Source of the DNA: Adineta vaga
Lineage: Eukaryota > Animalia > Rotifera
Direction: 5' to 3'
Assembly: GCA_021613535.1 (NCBI GenBank)
Contig: CP075495.1
Coordinates: 2,108,001-2,172,000 of the forward strand
DNA length: 64,000 nt
Under the pieces are notes generated by a model. That model did not search any database, was not told the origin of the DNA, and saw nothing but the letters and a program-made list of their open reading frames with translations. The translations under genes and the position numbers were made by a program. Every line of letters begins with the position of its first letter. Positions within the stretch are counted from its first letter, which is position 1. Below are positions 49,056 through 62,008 of this stretch, piece after piece.

Positions 49056-50172
49056 TTAATCTTTTCCCAGTCGTTCTTTTCCTTGATGAAATCCACACCA
49101 AATAGGACATTTATCATCATCATCATCGTTTTTCTTCTCATCATTAAAATGAGATGAGCGACACTAAAAAAGGAAAGAATATTCAATTCCGATATTTTAT
49201 TCAGCGTTACTTACCCAAAGAATAAGATTAAGTCTTCGTCCGCTAGTTATAGGTAATGCTCTATGTCGATGATTTCCAAGATGAAGACATGCTGTACCAA
49301 CTTGATGTTCGAGAGAGAATTCTTCATCTTTTCTTGGTGCAGTGTTACTAACATGAGATGAACAGCGAACGCCTCCAAAATACAATTGACCATCAGTAAA
49401 TTCTTCACCAAGGCAAATATTTAAAGTAACAGCAGAATCATCGACATGAAAGTCAAGTTTACGATCTCTATAAAAACAGAAAAAGAAATAATCAAAAGAA
49501 TATCAGAAAGAAAGAAAGATAGTTTTTACTTGTCCATAGCATATTCTACAACAAAACCATGATGAGAATCAAGAGGAAGTGGAATATGTTTGTAAACTAA
49601 TTCTGTTAATGGTTGTACAATAGTTGTGATAAGATTAGTTAAACATTTTCCAAACCCGAAATGATCAAGAATAACACCATATTTATTCATTGAATTAGGA
49701 CGATATAATTTCAATCCGTTAGTAATAGACCATTGTTCGAAATATGCTAATTCATTGATTAATAATTGACAAAATGATACAGGTAAAAAAGTAAATGTAT
49801 ATACACCAGTTGTTTTGATCTATAAGAGAGACAAAATAAGATTTGATCAATATGAAAAATTGATTGTACTTGTTTAATAATATTCGAATCGAGTGAACCA
49901 TGTTTGAGCATTTTGAGAAGATTTTTATCAATTGGCCACTGAGAAAAATCATATAATTCAGATGATTGTGGTTTAAAATGTTCTTTGATTGTAGCCAGAT
50001 ACTTTTCCATTAGACGCTGCTCTTCACGAGAATGTTCTCGATGTTTTCGCCAACTAGTCAAGACATCTTGAAGATAAGTATCACGTCGTTCATCGGACCA
50101 GTTTGATGGTAAATGAGATGTAACGTGTTGTAAAAACGATTGCTCTTCTTCGTCATGCTTGTTTTCGGACAT
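49056..50172 (-). CDS. 2-oxoglutarate/Fe(II) dioxygenase, OGFOD2/ICU11 (PKHD-type) family, 4 exons
   Basis: RPNSMNKYG, LDSHHGFVVEY, FHVDDSAVTLNICLG (HxD), HRH, GRRLNLILWCRSS. Confidence 0.88.
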
Positions 50173-50957
50173 ACTTGATCTTCAGTATTTCCGATCAAGA
50201 AAAGTGAACTAAACCGAGGAAGTATAACTCATAACATAAAATCTTGCGCAACCCAGAGAATCAATTGGATTGTCAAATGCTTTACCAGTTGATGGTGTCG
50301 TATATGTTTCATAAAGTAGATGTCGCTTAAAGCTTATACTTTCGCACTTTTTTATAGTCACAATGGTCATGCAAAGTAAGATATAGATATCTTCGTAAAC
50401 TTCGTAAAGAGAAAATTAAGAACGATTGGATGTAACATATAAGGAGATGCATGTTATATATGCTTCTTCATTGACAAAACAAAATCAATTATAAAGCTAA
50501 TTGTTAAATATGTGCAGAGATAAAAAAAGAGACATTGACTAACTTATTTGAAATTACTCTTCGTATAAAAACGTAGATTTGATCGATAATATAAAAAACT
50601 GATATCATCAATCTAAGTTCATTCTAAAAAATTTCAAAGAAGTATTACTTAAATTCTTTGATGAATAATCGTGATATATTCAAAGTCCAGAAGAATCTTT
50701 ATTTTCTTTCCTCGTCATTTACTGATACGGCCTGTAACCTAGTGTTTGCTCTTTGTTGATAAAGATAAAAAGAAAGATGTAGAGATGTGCTTCTAAAGTG
50801 AAGATAACAGATATATAAAGATCGACGCAATAGCAGCAAAACATTAGTATATTAAGAGAACATTCGTCTTTACTTTGTTTTGCATATAAGCACGTATATT
50901 TTAGCAATCTTCTTCCTTCCAAACTTTTTCAGATTATTTGTGTACACCCATTCTAAG

Positions 50958-51910
50958 ATGCATTTCAATTCATTGTTATTTACTGCTTTTATTGCACTTT
51001 GCTGCGTCAATACCGCTTCTGCAGGCATCTTTGGTGTAGACTGCCAATGTCTCTGCTGTGTACCAGAAAAAAGAATTAATAATTGCGCAACAATAAGTAT
51101 GGGATCAGTTCATGTTGATGCCAATGTTTGTGATTTAAACCAGTGTGTTCGTGTATGTAAAGATTTATATCCTTTCTGTGAAGAAAGCAAAGGAACTGTA
51201 CAATCAACATGCACAGACACGTAAGTACATACTTATATGCATGATTTGACCATATGTATATTTATCGCTTTAATCTTTTACAGAACTGGAGGATCATCAA
51301 GTACCGTTCCATCTTCAACAACAGCAGCACCCAGTACCACTGTAACTCCATCGACGACAGCATCGACGCCATTGTTAACAACTACTTCGACTGAGGGAAG
51401 TTCCTACTGCATCAACATCTACAGCTGCCCCATCAACATCTACAGCTGCCCCATCAACATCTACAGCTGCCCCATCAACATCAACAGCTGCCCCATCAAC
51501 ATCTACAGCTGCCCCATCAACATCAACAGCTGCCCCATCAACATCTACAGCTGCCCCATCAACATCTACAGCTGCCCCATCAACATCTACAGCTGCCCCA
51601 TCATCATCAACAGCTGCCCCATCATCATCAACAGCTGCCCCATCATCATCTACAGCCGCCCCATCATCATCTACAGCCGCCCCATCATCATCTACAGCCG
51701 CCCCATCGTCTTCAACTGGTGGACCAACATCATCTGAGATGCCTACAAAGTAGGATTAGAAATCATTACTATTGATAATATGCATTCTATATTGTTTTTT
51801 CATTTTATAGTACTACAACAAAACCATCAAGCGGCGTCTCAGTAAAATCTATTTTTCAAATGTCGGACTTTGTTCTTTTTACTGTTATACTTATGTTTTT
51901 ATGTGCGTAA
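50958..51910 (+). CDS. Cys-rich (CxCxCC) surface protein with S/T mucin stalk and GPI-like C-terminus; 3 exons, apparent frameshift at 51395-51397
   Basis: Signal peptide MHFNSLLFTAFIALCCVNTASA; CQCLCC..10 Cys; STSTAAP repeats; last exon ends SSGVSVKSIFQMSDFVLFTVILMFLCA*. Confidence 0.72.
51410..51703 (+). repeat. 21-bp coding tandem repeat, 14 units (CATCAACATCTACAGCTGCCC)
   Basis: Units counted directly; variants cluster by position along the array. Confidence 0.92.
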
Positions 51911-52565
51911 ACAAATGTGAAACAAAATTTTGAAAGCATATCTTTTTTTTGACTTATCGAAGAAATAACAATAAATTATCATCTATTATATGCAACTTAT
52001 ATAAATACTTATAAGTTGTCTACCATCAAAGGATCTTTTTATGAATACAAACAAAGATTTCATATTTCTTTTCATAAGAAAATATTACATTTGTCTGATT
52101 GAACTATATCAATGAAGTACTTAATTATTTATGAAGAAGATGAAAAATTATCCATGATTATCAGTTTAAATAGATGCATAAAGTTCTGTTGTCATCTTTC
52201 GATGAAATATATTGACTTGTAAGAAATCATTTATTAATATACAAAACTAAGGTATATTCAGAATCAATGTATAACCATGTAAACAACGCTTGAATTATAT
52301 AAATATCAATTTCAATTTCGCAACTAAAGTATAATACTTGAACCAATATTATCTATAGAATCTTTCGTCAAATCAAAGACAAATACTCAGCTTAGTATCG
52401 TTATGGTTTTAGAAGAAATAACAATGCGCATATTCTCAAATAATAGTAAATAAGAAGGCTTATTCTGACGTATATACAGACTTATAACAACCACATATGG
52501 TGAAATATGTGGCAACATAGTTTTATATAAAAAAATTCATTTATTGAAGTTTTGTACTATTTACC

Positions 52566-53270
52566 ATGAATTTATCGTCGTGTCAATGTGCACTTCTAGT
52601 TGCACTATTATAAATCAATTCTGTTCATACAAGTACAAAGTATTTCAAATGTCAATGTACTTGCTGCATGACTATGACACCAATAACTTGTTCTTTACTA
52701 CCATCAATCTCAATTGTGTTACAAGAAGATAGTTGTAGAAGAATACAATATCGTGATATTTGTCAAGAAAAATAATCGTCTAGTTGCCAGTTAAATAATG
52801 GAGTAGTCAATGGAAGTTGCTTTCACTCTAATAAGTAAGTCAATTGTGTTCGGAGATAAGATCAATGAAATGTATGTTATAAAGAATGCAAATATTTGAT
52901 TCTCCTATATTAAATAAAGCGTTAACGACGTCCACGACTAGAAAGTATGGTGCAAAACTTATCAAAATCTTATACGACTACATATCTTATGTATTTCTTT
53001 TAATTGGTATAGAATAAGGACGAATTCTACTGGAAGAACCGTTCTATCTACTTCCAGACTTAGGAACACAAAAACTTTGTTCCCTACTTTCAAAACAAGC
53101 AAACATAGTAATGTAATGGATAGCAAAACTACCATTGCATCTACTGCCTATACCAACACTGTAAAATGGTAACATATTTAAAAAGATATCCTGTTTTCAG
53201 ATAAATTTATTGATTGTGTTATTTTTAGGACTACGGTATTATCAGTAGCTTTTGGCTGTGAAGAAATTAG
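52566..53270 (+). pseudogene. Pseudogenised tandem paralog of the CxCxCC mucin-like gene
   Basis: MNLSSCQCALLVALL*INSVHTSTKYFKCQCTCC...C...C...ICQEK*SSSCQLNNGVVNGSC; stops at 52611 and 52773; same phase-2 donor after the last Cys; T-rich exon remnant near 53020-53168; 3' end approximate. Confidence 0.72.
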
Positions 53271-53933
53271 AAGTATATATATCTAGTCTCAAAGATAATA
53301 TTATAAAAACTGACTTCTATTGTATTTTGTATAATCGAACTACAAAAAATTGAACATGTATGAACGATTTAGAAGAATAGTATAAAAATCGCATTGTTAT
53401 TTTCTTTAACTTCATTCCAAATAGTAACAGTCGTTGTTATTGTTAACCATTCTTTATCGAATATGTGTTAAATTACGTGGATAAATATTCAAAAGAGTTT
53501 CTAATACATTCAAGATTGCATTCGTATAGTAATGATCATATAACAACAGCATGTATCGTCTCATCTACGATATGATCTCGTATAAGAGATATAAATCACT
53601 AAAACAAACCCTCAGCATCCACTAAATGAGATTATAATGTCATTTTGAATATCGAAGAGTAGTTTTTATACATGTACTTCTATGGGTTAAGGACCTGTAA
53701 AAAGTTTCACGAAGATTCGATGCACCATGTTGTAAATCGATTTTGGATGGGGGAGGCCTTAAGATGTCAAACCTAGAAGTGACTGACAACATATGCTCCA
53801 TACAGCATCTCTTTCATCTGATTTAATTTGTTTTCAAAAACACAATCGTTTTTTATATTTATATATATCTTGACAAATATAATCGAGATTGATTTATATT
53901 GAAAAACATGAAAAGAAGAGATGACATTTTATT

Positions 53934-56727
53934 TTAACCATCTAATTTCAATAGATCTAGAAGTAGTGTTTTCAAATAACGAGCTTCGTAGGCGACGGTA
54001 TTCTTTCCCCCATGAATTGGTTTATTTGTCAATGGTGAAACGAAATTCGCTTTAACATCTCGACCCCAACCTATAATCAAACAACGTTTAATTAATTTAT
54101 AGACAAAACCCAGATACTTACTTTCGCAATGACTTAAGAAATGTAACATTTCCATGAGAACTTGATCGCGAATAACTACCGAATGACGTGCCATATTTTC
54201 AAAAAGTGATAGAAAACATCGTTTTGTATAAAACCATGTATCTGTTCCAAGTTTCTTTTGATAAGGTTCCAACGATTTCATAACACGTGATATACCAAAT
54301 TCAAAATTATTTTTTGCACAATAAAGTGTTCTAGAAAAGATACAATATCATATTATTTTACGGTAAAACAAACTTTCTTATTTCTGTTTTATATTACCCA
54401 ATTACAAGATTGACAATACATAAATGGAACACCTTTTTTTCCGGTGTTTCAAATGGTAATTTATCTTCTTCACGTTCGATTTTACGCATTAATTCTTCAG
54501 CCTATTGAAAGATCAAATAATCCATGTAACGTATAGAAAACGAGTTTTAAACTACATACTTCTTCGTTTTGACTTGTCATTATATGACTAACACAAAGAT
54601 TAGCCAAAACAATTGGACTAACGGATAATAACTAAAAAAGAAAGGTAACCAATTAATTAAAAATGTATCGATCAAATCTCTTACATTATCTTCATGTTTC
54701 TTGACAATAGGCTCATAGAAACCAACTAAAATAAAAGACAATGCTATTTCCATCATAAATTATGAATTAAAACTTACTAGCTTCTCGGTATTTATTATCT
54801 TGCATGAATAGAACATGTGCAACCTAAATAAATTCAAATAATTAGAATTAATCAATTGATTATAAAGTTTTTAAAATTTACATTTAATTTCCATATTTCA
54901 TTATCATTACAAAATTCTACTGATTTTCGAAAGATTTTTTCAACAGCATTATAATTTTCTTGTAACCAATAGATATTTGCTTGTGCCATCAATACTGGTA
55001 CATATCTAAATTTATCATACTCAATAGAAAATAAAATCAATCATCTTCTAGTCAAAATAATACTTTTCTAAAGTTGTATCGTATTCTTGAACTTTCTTCT
55101 TAACTTGTTCATCTTTTTGTGATCGTCGATTTTCTTGTACTTCTTTAACTAATCGACGTAATTGTTCAATTAATGTTCCAGCTAGATCATCGAATTTTTT
55201 AAATGCCGCTTCCGGTGCTGTTTGTTGAACAATTTTAGCTTCAATAAAATCGTAGATATATGGTTCCATATATTTGAATGTCATATCCGTATTTTCTGCC
55301 AAAAGATCAGCAGCAAAATCATAATACTTAAAAAAGAAAATTTATCGGTAGTTATGTTATATACGAATAATCAATACGAACTTCATATTTTAAATATAAA
55401 AGACAAAGATTAACAAATGTTTCGGGTGGAAAACTTTCACCACCAATTAAAAATGTTAATTTAGCAAAACCACCTGATGGATCTTCATCCATATTCATAA
55501 TAGCTAGATTATGTAATGTAATCGGATCAAGTTCACTGACATTTCGAGGTGGCATATCTGTTAAAGCTTCTCGTGCAGCGGCATCTAGATGAAAATATGA
55601 AATAAATTCGAAAAATCTTTTTTCAATAATTAACAAACAATTTTTTAGTAAAAATTCGATTGCAGCACGTAAATTAAAGGCTTCAACAAGTGTCGATTCT
55701 TGTAATGTATTTGTATTACCAACAGATGTTATATCAATTCCTTCGGTTTGCATTCCAATACTTAATTCTAAAGAAAATCAATTGATTAAAGTAAATCCAA
55801 GAATATCTTCTTCATACCTGGATAATCTTTAATTCCTTTTTCAACAATTGCACCCAAATGTTGTACAGCTTGTGCATATTGTTTTAATTCATAATGACAA
55901 AGAGCTATGTTATACCACACTTCTATAAAAGACACTTTTCATATATTGTCCATTTGAAAAACAAATGACATTACTTGAATTATAACCAGTTAATTGTTGA
56001 GCTTTCGTAAAATATTTCAAAGCTTCATCAAATTTACCTTCCTTATATAAAACACAACCAGTATTGATAACTGTATCTGGATCATCATCATTACATTGAT
56101 CAATATAACTCTAATTAGAGAACAGACAAATATGAAGAAGTAATAACTAGAAATGCATTTTGATTGGTTTGCTTTACCTGACTCGCTTTGACATCTTCTT
56201 TAGCATAACAGATTGCTGCTTGAAGCTTTCGTACCTAAAACAAATTTGTTTATGACAATATAATCATTTTCAATTAAAAATATGTTATTACGAACATTAT
56301 TCAACAATGATGGTTGTTCAATTTGATTCAAAACTCTCAGAGCTTCATCATGAAGAGCACATTTATAAAGTGATTGTCCATATGAAAATTTATAATCATC
56401 AACTTCAGGTGCAATTTGTACAAGTTGTTCATAACAATCAGCTGCTTGTGTAAAATCCTGGGAATAATAATAACAATAGGCCAATAATGATAATGTTGGA
56501 CGACACTAAAATGAAAATAAAATCAGATTTATTTGAACATTTGATTTCGTTATCCTACACGAGGTTGACTTTGATTTTGATAGCTGAGAACATTGATTGC
56601 TTGTTGATATTTTTTATCGCGAATCTTAAAGAAATGTTCGAATAGTAAATGAAAAAGAAATATTTGTTCATTTTACCAAGGAATAAACTTTGGACGTCAT
56701 GTCCGTATTTGCACTATCGTAGTCCAT
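53934..56727 (-). CDS. TTC30A: Intraflagellar transport protein 70 (TTC30/fleer/DYF-1), multi-exon
   Basis: LVEAFNLRAAIE, REALTDMPPR, FPPETFVNL, HLCIVNLVIGTLYCAKNNFEFGISRVMKSLEPYQKKLGTDTWFYTKRCF. Confidence 0.95.
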
Positions 56728-57156
56728 GTTGAAATTGATTCAGAATATTGTCTAAAATATTTGAAGTTATTAGAGTTGTGAGACGTATGTAAAATACACC
56801 ATTATTCTATCATGTGTTGTTGTGCAGCGTTGGTAACAAACATTGACGATTTGAAAATCTTGATTTGAACTAAAGAATTTCAATTAAAATAGATTTTTGT
56901 TTTCTTTGAAAAATCTTAATTATCATCTTAAATAGTATGATTTTGTTTTATTTTCAATTAAATATTCATATAGGATGTAGCGTCATGAATACGATTGTAT
57001 GAAAAAATAGACCAATCAGATAACATTTGTCTATTTTATCAGTAATAGCAAATAGTAGTTCAGTTAGTGTTTTTACCTAGAAAACAGACAAGTATGTGAA
57101 TATCTTTTATTCGAACAAAGTTCATTATTGATAATTTTCGATTCTTTTTTATTAGT

Positions 57157-59361
57157 ATGCATACGAATATTAATAGTATCCGAGAAACGAATGAAGATAT
57201 AGATGCTCAAATTGTTCAACCACGATCGAAAAGTCGATACACATTTTACCATCTGAGTACATTTCTTTTAACATTTATTAGGTAAATGAATTTGAAATCA
57301 ATTCAATGTAGAATATAAGATCATTTCATTTCTATTAGTTATGCAATGTTACATGCAGCTCGAAAAGTCTTTTCAAATGTAAAATCAACTATGGCAGAAG
57401 AATGGAGTGCACTTCCAAATCAAACATTGAATCCAATTAAACCCGATGATGTATAAGAATATGAATTATATAATAAACCATGCTAGAAGATTTCTTTTTC
57501 TTTAGATTTGGAATCAACTCGTCTTTATAACTCACCAAACGATGCCACTATTTTCTTAGGTGTTCTTGACGCAGTATTTATGTTCTCCTATTCAACAGTG
57601 AGTCAATAGAGATAGGATAGTTATAAGCAACTTATTTCTTTTATATTAGGGACTATTTATTAGTGGTATTCTTGGCGATCGGTAAGAAAGAAATGTTTGG
57701 AATTTTGATTATTATTTACTAACTTATCTTGCTTGCTAAACAGATTCGATCTTCGAATTGTTCTTTGTCTTGGAATGGTTGTGACTTCTATTGTGGTATG
57801 ATTGGAAAATTTTCATTTCCAATAAATCTAGATTATTATTTTATTCATAGATTTTTCTATTTGGTGTACTCAGTGAATGGTTACATATCTATTCTGTAGC
57901 TTGGTATGTGTCTTTTTGGATTCTTAATGGTTTAGCACAATCAACTGGTTGGCCATGTGTAGTTGCTATCATGGGCAATTGGTTTGGAAAAGAAGGTCGC
58001 GGTCTTATATTTGGAGTTTGGAGTGCATGTGCTTCAGTTGGAAATATATTTGGTGCAGCACTAGCAGCAACATTTCTAACCTATGGTTATGAATATGCAT
58101 TTCTTGTTTGTTGCGTATTGTTAATTTGTTGTGCTATCATATGTTTCTTTGCTATTATTCCTGCACCAGAAGATATTGGTATGTATCTCGATGATTGACA
58201 AGTTTTGAAAAAACATATTCAATCATGTTTAGGTTTGGGAAAAAAAGAAAATCATGCTGTAATTTCGGGTAAGATTGTCTATGATAGAAATGTACGTAAA
58301 ATAAGAGATATTTTTATCATTGTTAAGAAACAACAGCAGCTGTTGTTAACGATGACGATAATGTAAATGAAGAAACTGAATTAATTACAAAAACAGATCA
58401 ATCAACGAATAAACCAATTACATTTTGGCGTGCATGGTTTTTACCCGGTGTATTTATGGTAAAATTCAAATTTTCCTCTTAAATGAAACGTCTTGTTTCT
58501 TTTATTTAGTATTCAATATGTTATGCATGTTTGAAATTAGTCAATTGTAAATAAATTGAAACTTATCCTAGATTATATTAAGTCGAATTGTTTTGTTAAC
58601 TAGATTCTTTCTTCTTTTGGCTTCCATTTTATTTACATTCGAAATTTAGTTGGCAAGAATCTGATGCTGATCTTCTCTCAACATTATATGATGTTGGTGG
58701 TATTATTGGAGGTATTGTTGGTGGTCTTCTTTCTGTAAGTTTGTTTAGAAACAATTGAAATGAATCATTCAATATTTTTCAAATAGGATCTGATTGGTTT
58801 TCGATCCATTGTTGTCGTTCCAACATTACTTCTTGCTATTCCAACTTTATTTATCTTTAGTGGTAAGTTCGTTTTGTATCATTGATATGTCAAAACCTTG
58901 TTTGTTATTTATGTTTAGGTTTACCTAATAATAAAGCTTTGAATGGTTTCATCATGACAGTCACTGGTGTATTTATAGGTGGTCCAGCTAATATGATTAG
59001 TGCTGCGATTACTGCTGATCTTGGTCGTCAAGAAGTTTTAGCTGCTAGTGATCAAGCTTTATCAACAGTAACTGGTATTGTCGATGGAACTGGAAGTTTC
59101 GGTGCAGCCATTGGTCAAGTATTAATTCCAGTTATACAAAAACAATGGAATGATTGGCGATTTGTTTTCTATTTCTTTGTTCTAATGGTACGTCTATGAC
59201 CTTTTTTCTTCGATAGATTCATTGATTTTTCTTCGCATATAGACATTCTAACCTGTTGTTGTATTCTACCATTATTTATTCGTGAATGCATATTGGTTGG
59301 TACTAAAATAAAAGCTCGGTTTACATCTCGTCGACAACAACATTATAATACAATCGAATGA
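57157..59361 (+). CDS. SLC37A3: Sugar phosphate exchanger 3 (MFS), multi-exon
   Basis: HAARKVFSNVK, QSTGWPCVVAIMGNWFGK..RGLIFGVWSACASVGNIFG, GPANMISAAITADLGRQ, STVTGIVDGTGSFGAAIGQ. Confidence 0.93.
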
Positions 59362-60064
59362 ACAAAACATTCTTCTCTAACAAACAAACAAATTTAATTT
59401 AATCGATTTTTCTGTGCAATGTGCTACTAGTTTTCTTTCTTCGTGATACATGTGTGTGTGAAGATTATTTTCGCTAAAAATATGTGCTTATTTTTGCTAC
59501 TAATTGCAGATTAAAGAATAATGAAGAGATTATGCTATAATTGAAAAGAACAAATACATGTGTCAACGATGACAAAAGAGTACGGAATTTCCTTATACTG
59601 TACTTGAAGATTATGTGAATTGATGTAAAAAGAATATTACATGACAATCAATGTCAACAAAATCATGGAAACTATTTTCATCTTTTGTTATCACTTGAAA
59701 TCAAAAAGTTTATCTTTCGAGAACTCGACTAAAAATAAAATAATTGTCTTTTTTCTTCGTTTTATAAATTGAGTGGGAGAGACAATTGTTATTTTCAGAC
59801 GATATATTTATTTGTTACTGATTCACATATCAATTGTATGAAAAATATCGATGATTCATGTAAATAACATTACACCTGTTGTTATTTTGTTTTGTATTTA
59901 ACTTATTTATTTGCGTTTCATGGTATGTAAAACTGCTCGAGAGCAATGAGTAAATATTTGATAACGAGAACGGTATCAGTTCTGTTAGCATTATATAGTC
60001 GATTGTATATATGTCTCGGTAATCGATATAATGTCTTTTTCTTTCGATAGATTTTAAAGTAACA

Positions 60065-60340
60065 ATGAGTGGTGGATGCTGTGATTTACGCAGGCGTTGG
60101 GATGATTTAGTTGGCAAATCAGAGAAAGAAGCTTTGGAAACAATTAAACGTGATGGTAAGAAAATGAGGATGAACGAAATAAGAAAATATTGATTTTTGT
60201 TTATGAATATAGGAGAACGAAATATTGAAGTCGTCAATGATGGTACACCAGAAGCCGATGCAGCAATTAAAAGTGGTGTTGTACGTGTCATTTTAGATGA
60301 AAAGAAAAATGTAAAATATCCACCACTTCGACAAGATTAA
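60065..60340 (+). CDS. Potato inhibitor I (MEROPS I13)-like small protein, 2 exons, 72 aa
   Basis: Exons 60065-60155 and 60213-60340: MSGGCCDLRRRWDDLVGKSEKEALETIKRDGERNIEVVNDGTPEADAAIKSGVVRVILDEKKNVKYPPLRQD*; WxxLVG and VRV..D..V..P motifs. Confidence 0.78.
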
Positions 60341-60784
60341 TCAAAACGACATTTATATATTCAATATCGAACAATTATTTTTAAAGATTTCCTTTGAACT
60401 TCTTTAGACTATATCTGATCCGTTGGGAATCCTTATTCGATTATTTTAAGCATAGTTTCTTCTCTGTAAGATTTCGTGTAAAAATAAAAGTTTAATTTAA
60501 TATATTTCTTGACATATCGTCTAAGATTGTCATAGTAATGATGTACCTTAAGGAAATTTTCTCTAGTGATACAATACCATCTTTAATCTGATGTAATTAG
60601 TAGGTCTATATGATCTTGTGATAATGAATATTATTACTTTATGTCAGCAGTATGTTATTAAGACATATAGGTATCCTGGTGATTGTATAGATAATTCGAA
60701 TAAGCAAAGTTATATTTTATTTTTATAAATCATATGAATATTATTGAAAATGTTTATACGAAAAAAGAACCCCAATCCGTTCTT

Positions 60785-62008
60785 CTAATTCATTGTTCTC
60801 CAATCATATGGTTGTTTTGGTTTATTTTTTAAAACTTGTTCAATTTCTTCCATAATTTCCGGTGTTAATTTTGAAACAAAGTCTAATGCTTTAAAATTTT
60901 CTACGACTTGACTTGACCGACTAGCACCAGTTATTACTGTTGAAACATGAGGATTTTTAGCTGCCCAAGCAAGACATAATTGTGCTAATGTTGCACCAAG
61001 TTTATTGGCAATTGGCCGTAGATTTTCCACGATTTCCATGATACGATCGACATTTTTTTCTTCAAGTCCATTTAAACCTTGACCTGCTTCGAATTGTTGT
61101 CGAAGCCAAGATAAATTACCTGCTAAACCTAAACGATTATCCTCACCTTCTAATTTCTTACTACTATATTTGCCAGTGAGAAGACCCGATGCTAAAGGTG
61201 ACCAAATAGTTGTACCATATTCAACTGGCGATTTGTAGAGCGGAGCATATTCGATTTCAAATCGTGTACGATGTAACATATTATCTAAAATTGTAAAAAA
61301 GAAATCAAAGCAAATTTTTATATGGAATAATTTCCAAATCATTTACATTGTGGTTGTTCAGCACATGGTCCAATTAAATTTAATTTATCGGCAATTTCAC
61401 ATGCATATCGAATCTGTTCAGCAGACCATTCTGATGTTCCCCAATAGAAAGTATAACCTTGATCAATAATCCAATTAAATCCTCGAACAATTTCATCCAT
61501 TGGTGTATGTATATCCGGTCGATGTGCAAAGACAATATCGACATAATCAAGATTCAATCGTTTTAAACTACCACGCATACCTTCAATAATTCGTTTACGT
61601 GATAAACCTTTTAAATTCGCTTTATTCACTTGCGAATGATAACATGGTGTACCCCAAAAAATTTTGGTTGAAATAACTAAATCAGTTCGTCGAATTCCAT
61701 CGTTTTCAAACATACGTTCGAGTACTTCACCCATAACAGTTTCAGCTTTGCCAGAACTATAGACTTCAGCATTATCGAAAAAATTACAACCATTATCATA
61801 AGCAGATTTCATGCAACTGTATGCTTCATCGATACCCATTTGTTCACCAAATGTTACCTTAAGAGAAAATTTTCTTATTAATTAATAATATTTTTGTCAA
61901 ATGTCAATTTACCCATGCTCCAAATGATAACAAACTAACTTTTAAACCAGTTCGACCTAAATATCGATATTCCATCAAATCTTTCGGGTTTTTCTCCGAT
62001 GTCGACAT
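60785..62008 (-). CDS. Voltage-gated K+ channel beta-subunit-like aldo-keto reductase (AKR6), 3 exons
   Basis: MEYRYLGRTGLKVSCLSFGAWVTFG, FFDNAEVY, STKIFWG, GLSRKRIIEG, YWGTSEWS, WSPLASGLLTGKY. Confidence 0.92.

Noticed and set aside
42359-62008. SDR and AKR genes as further members of a glucuronate pathway cluster with the CRYL1 fusion
   Set aside because: The SDR is C-factor-type rather than DCXR, the AKR is Kv-beta-type rather than AKR1A1, and both are far from the fusion
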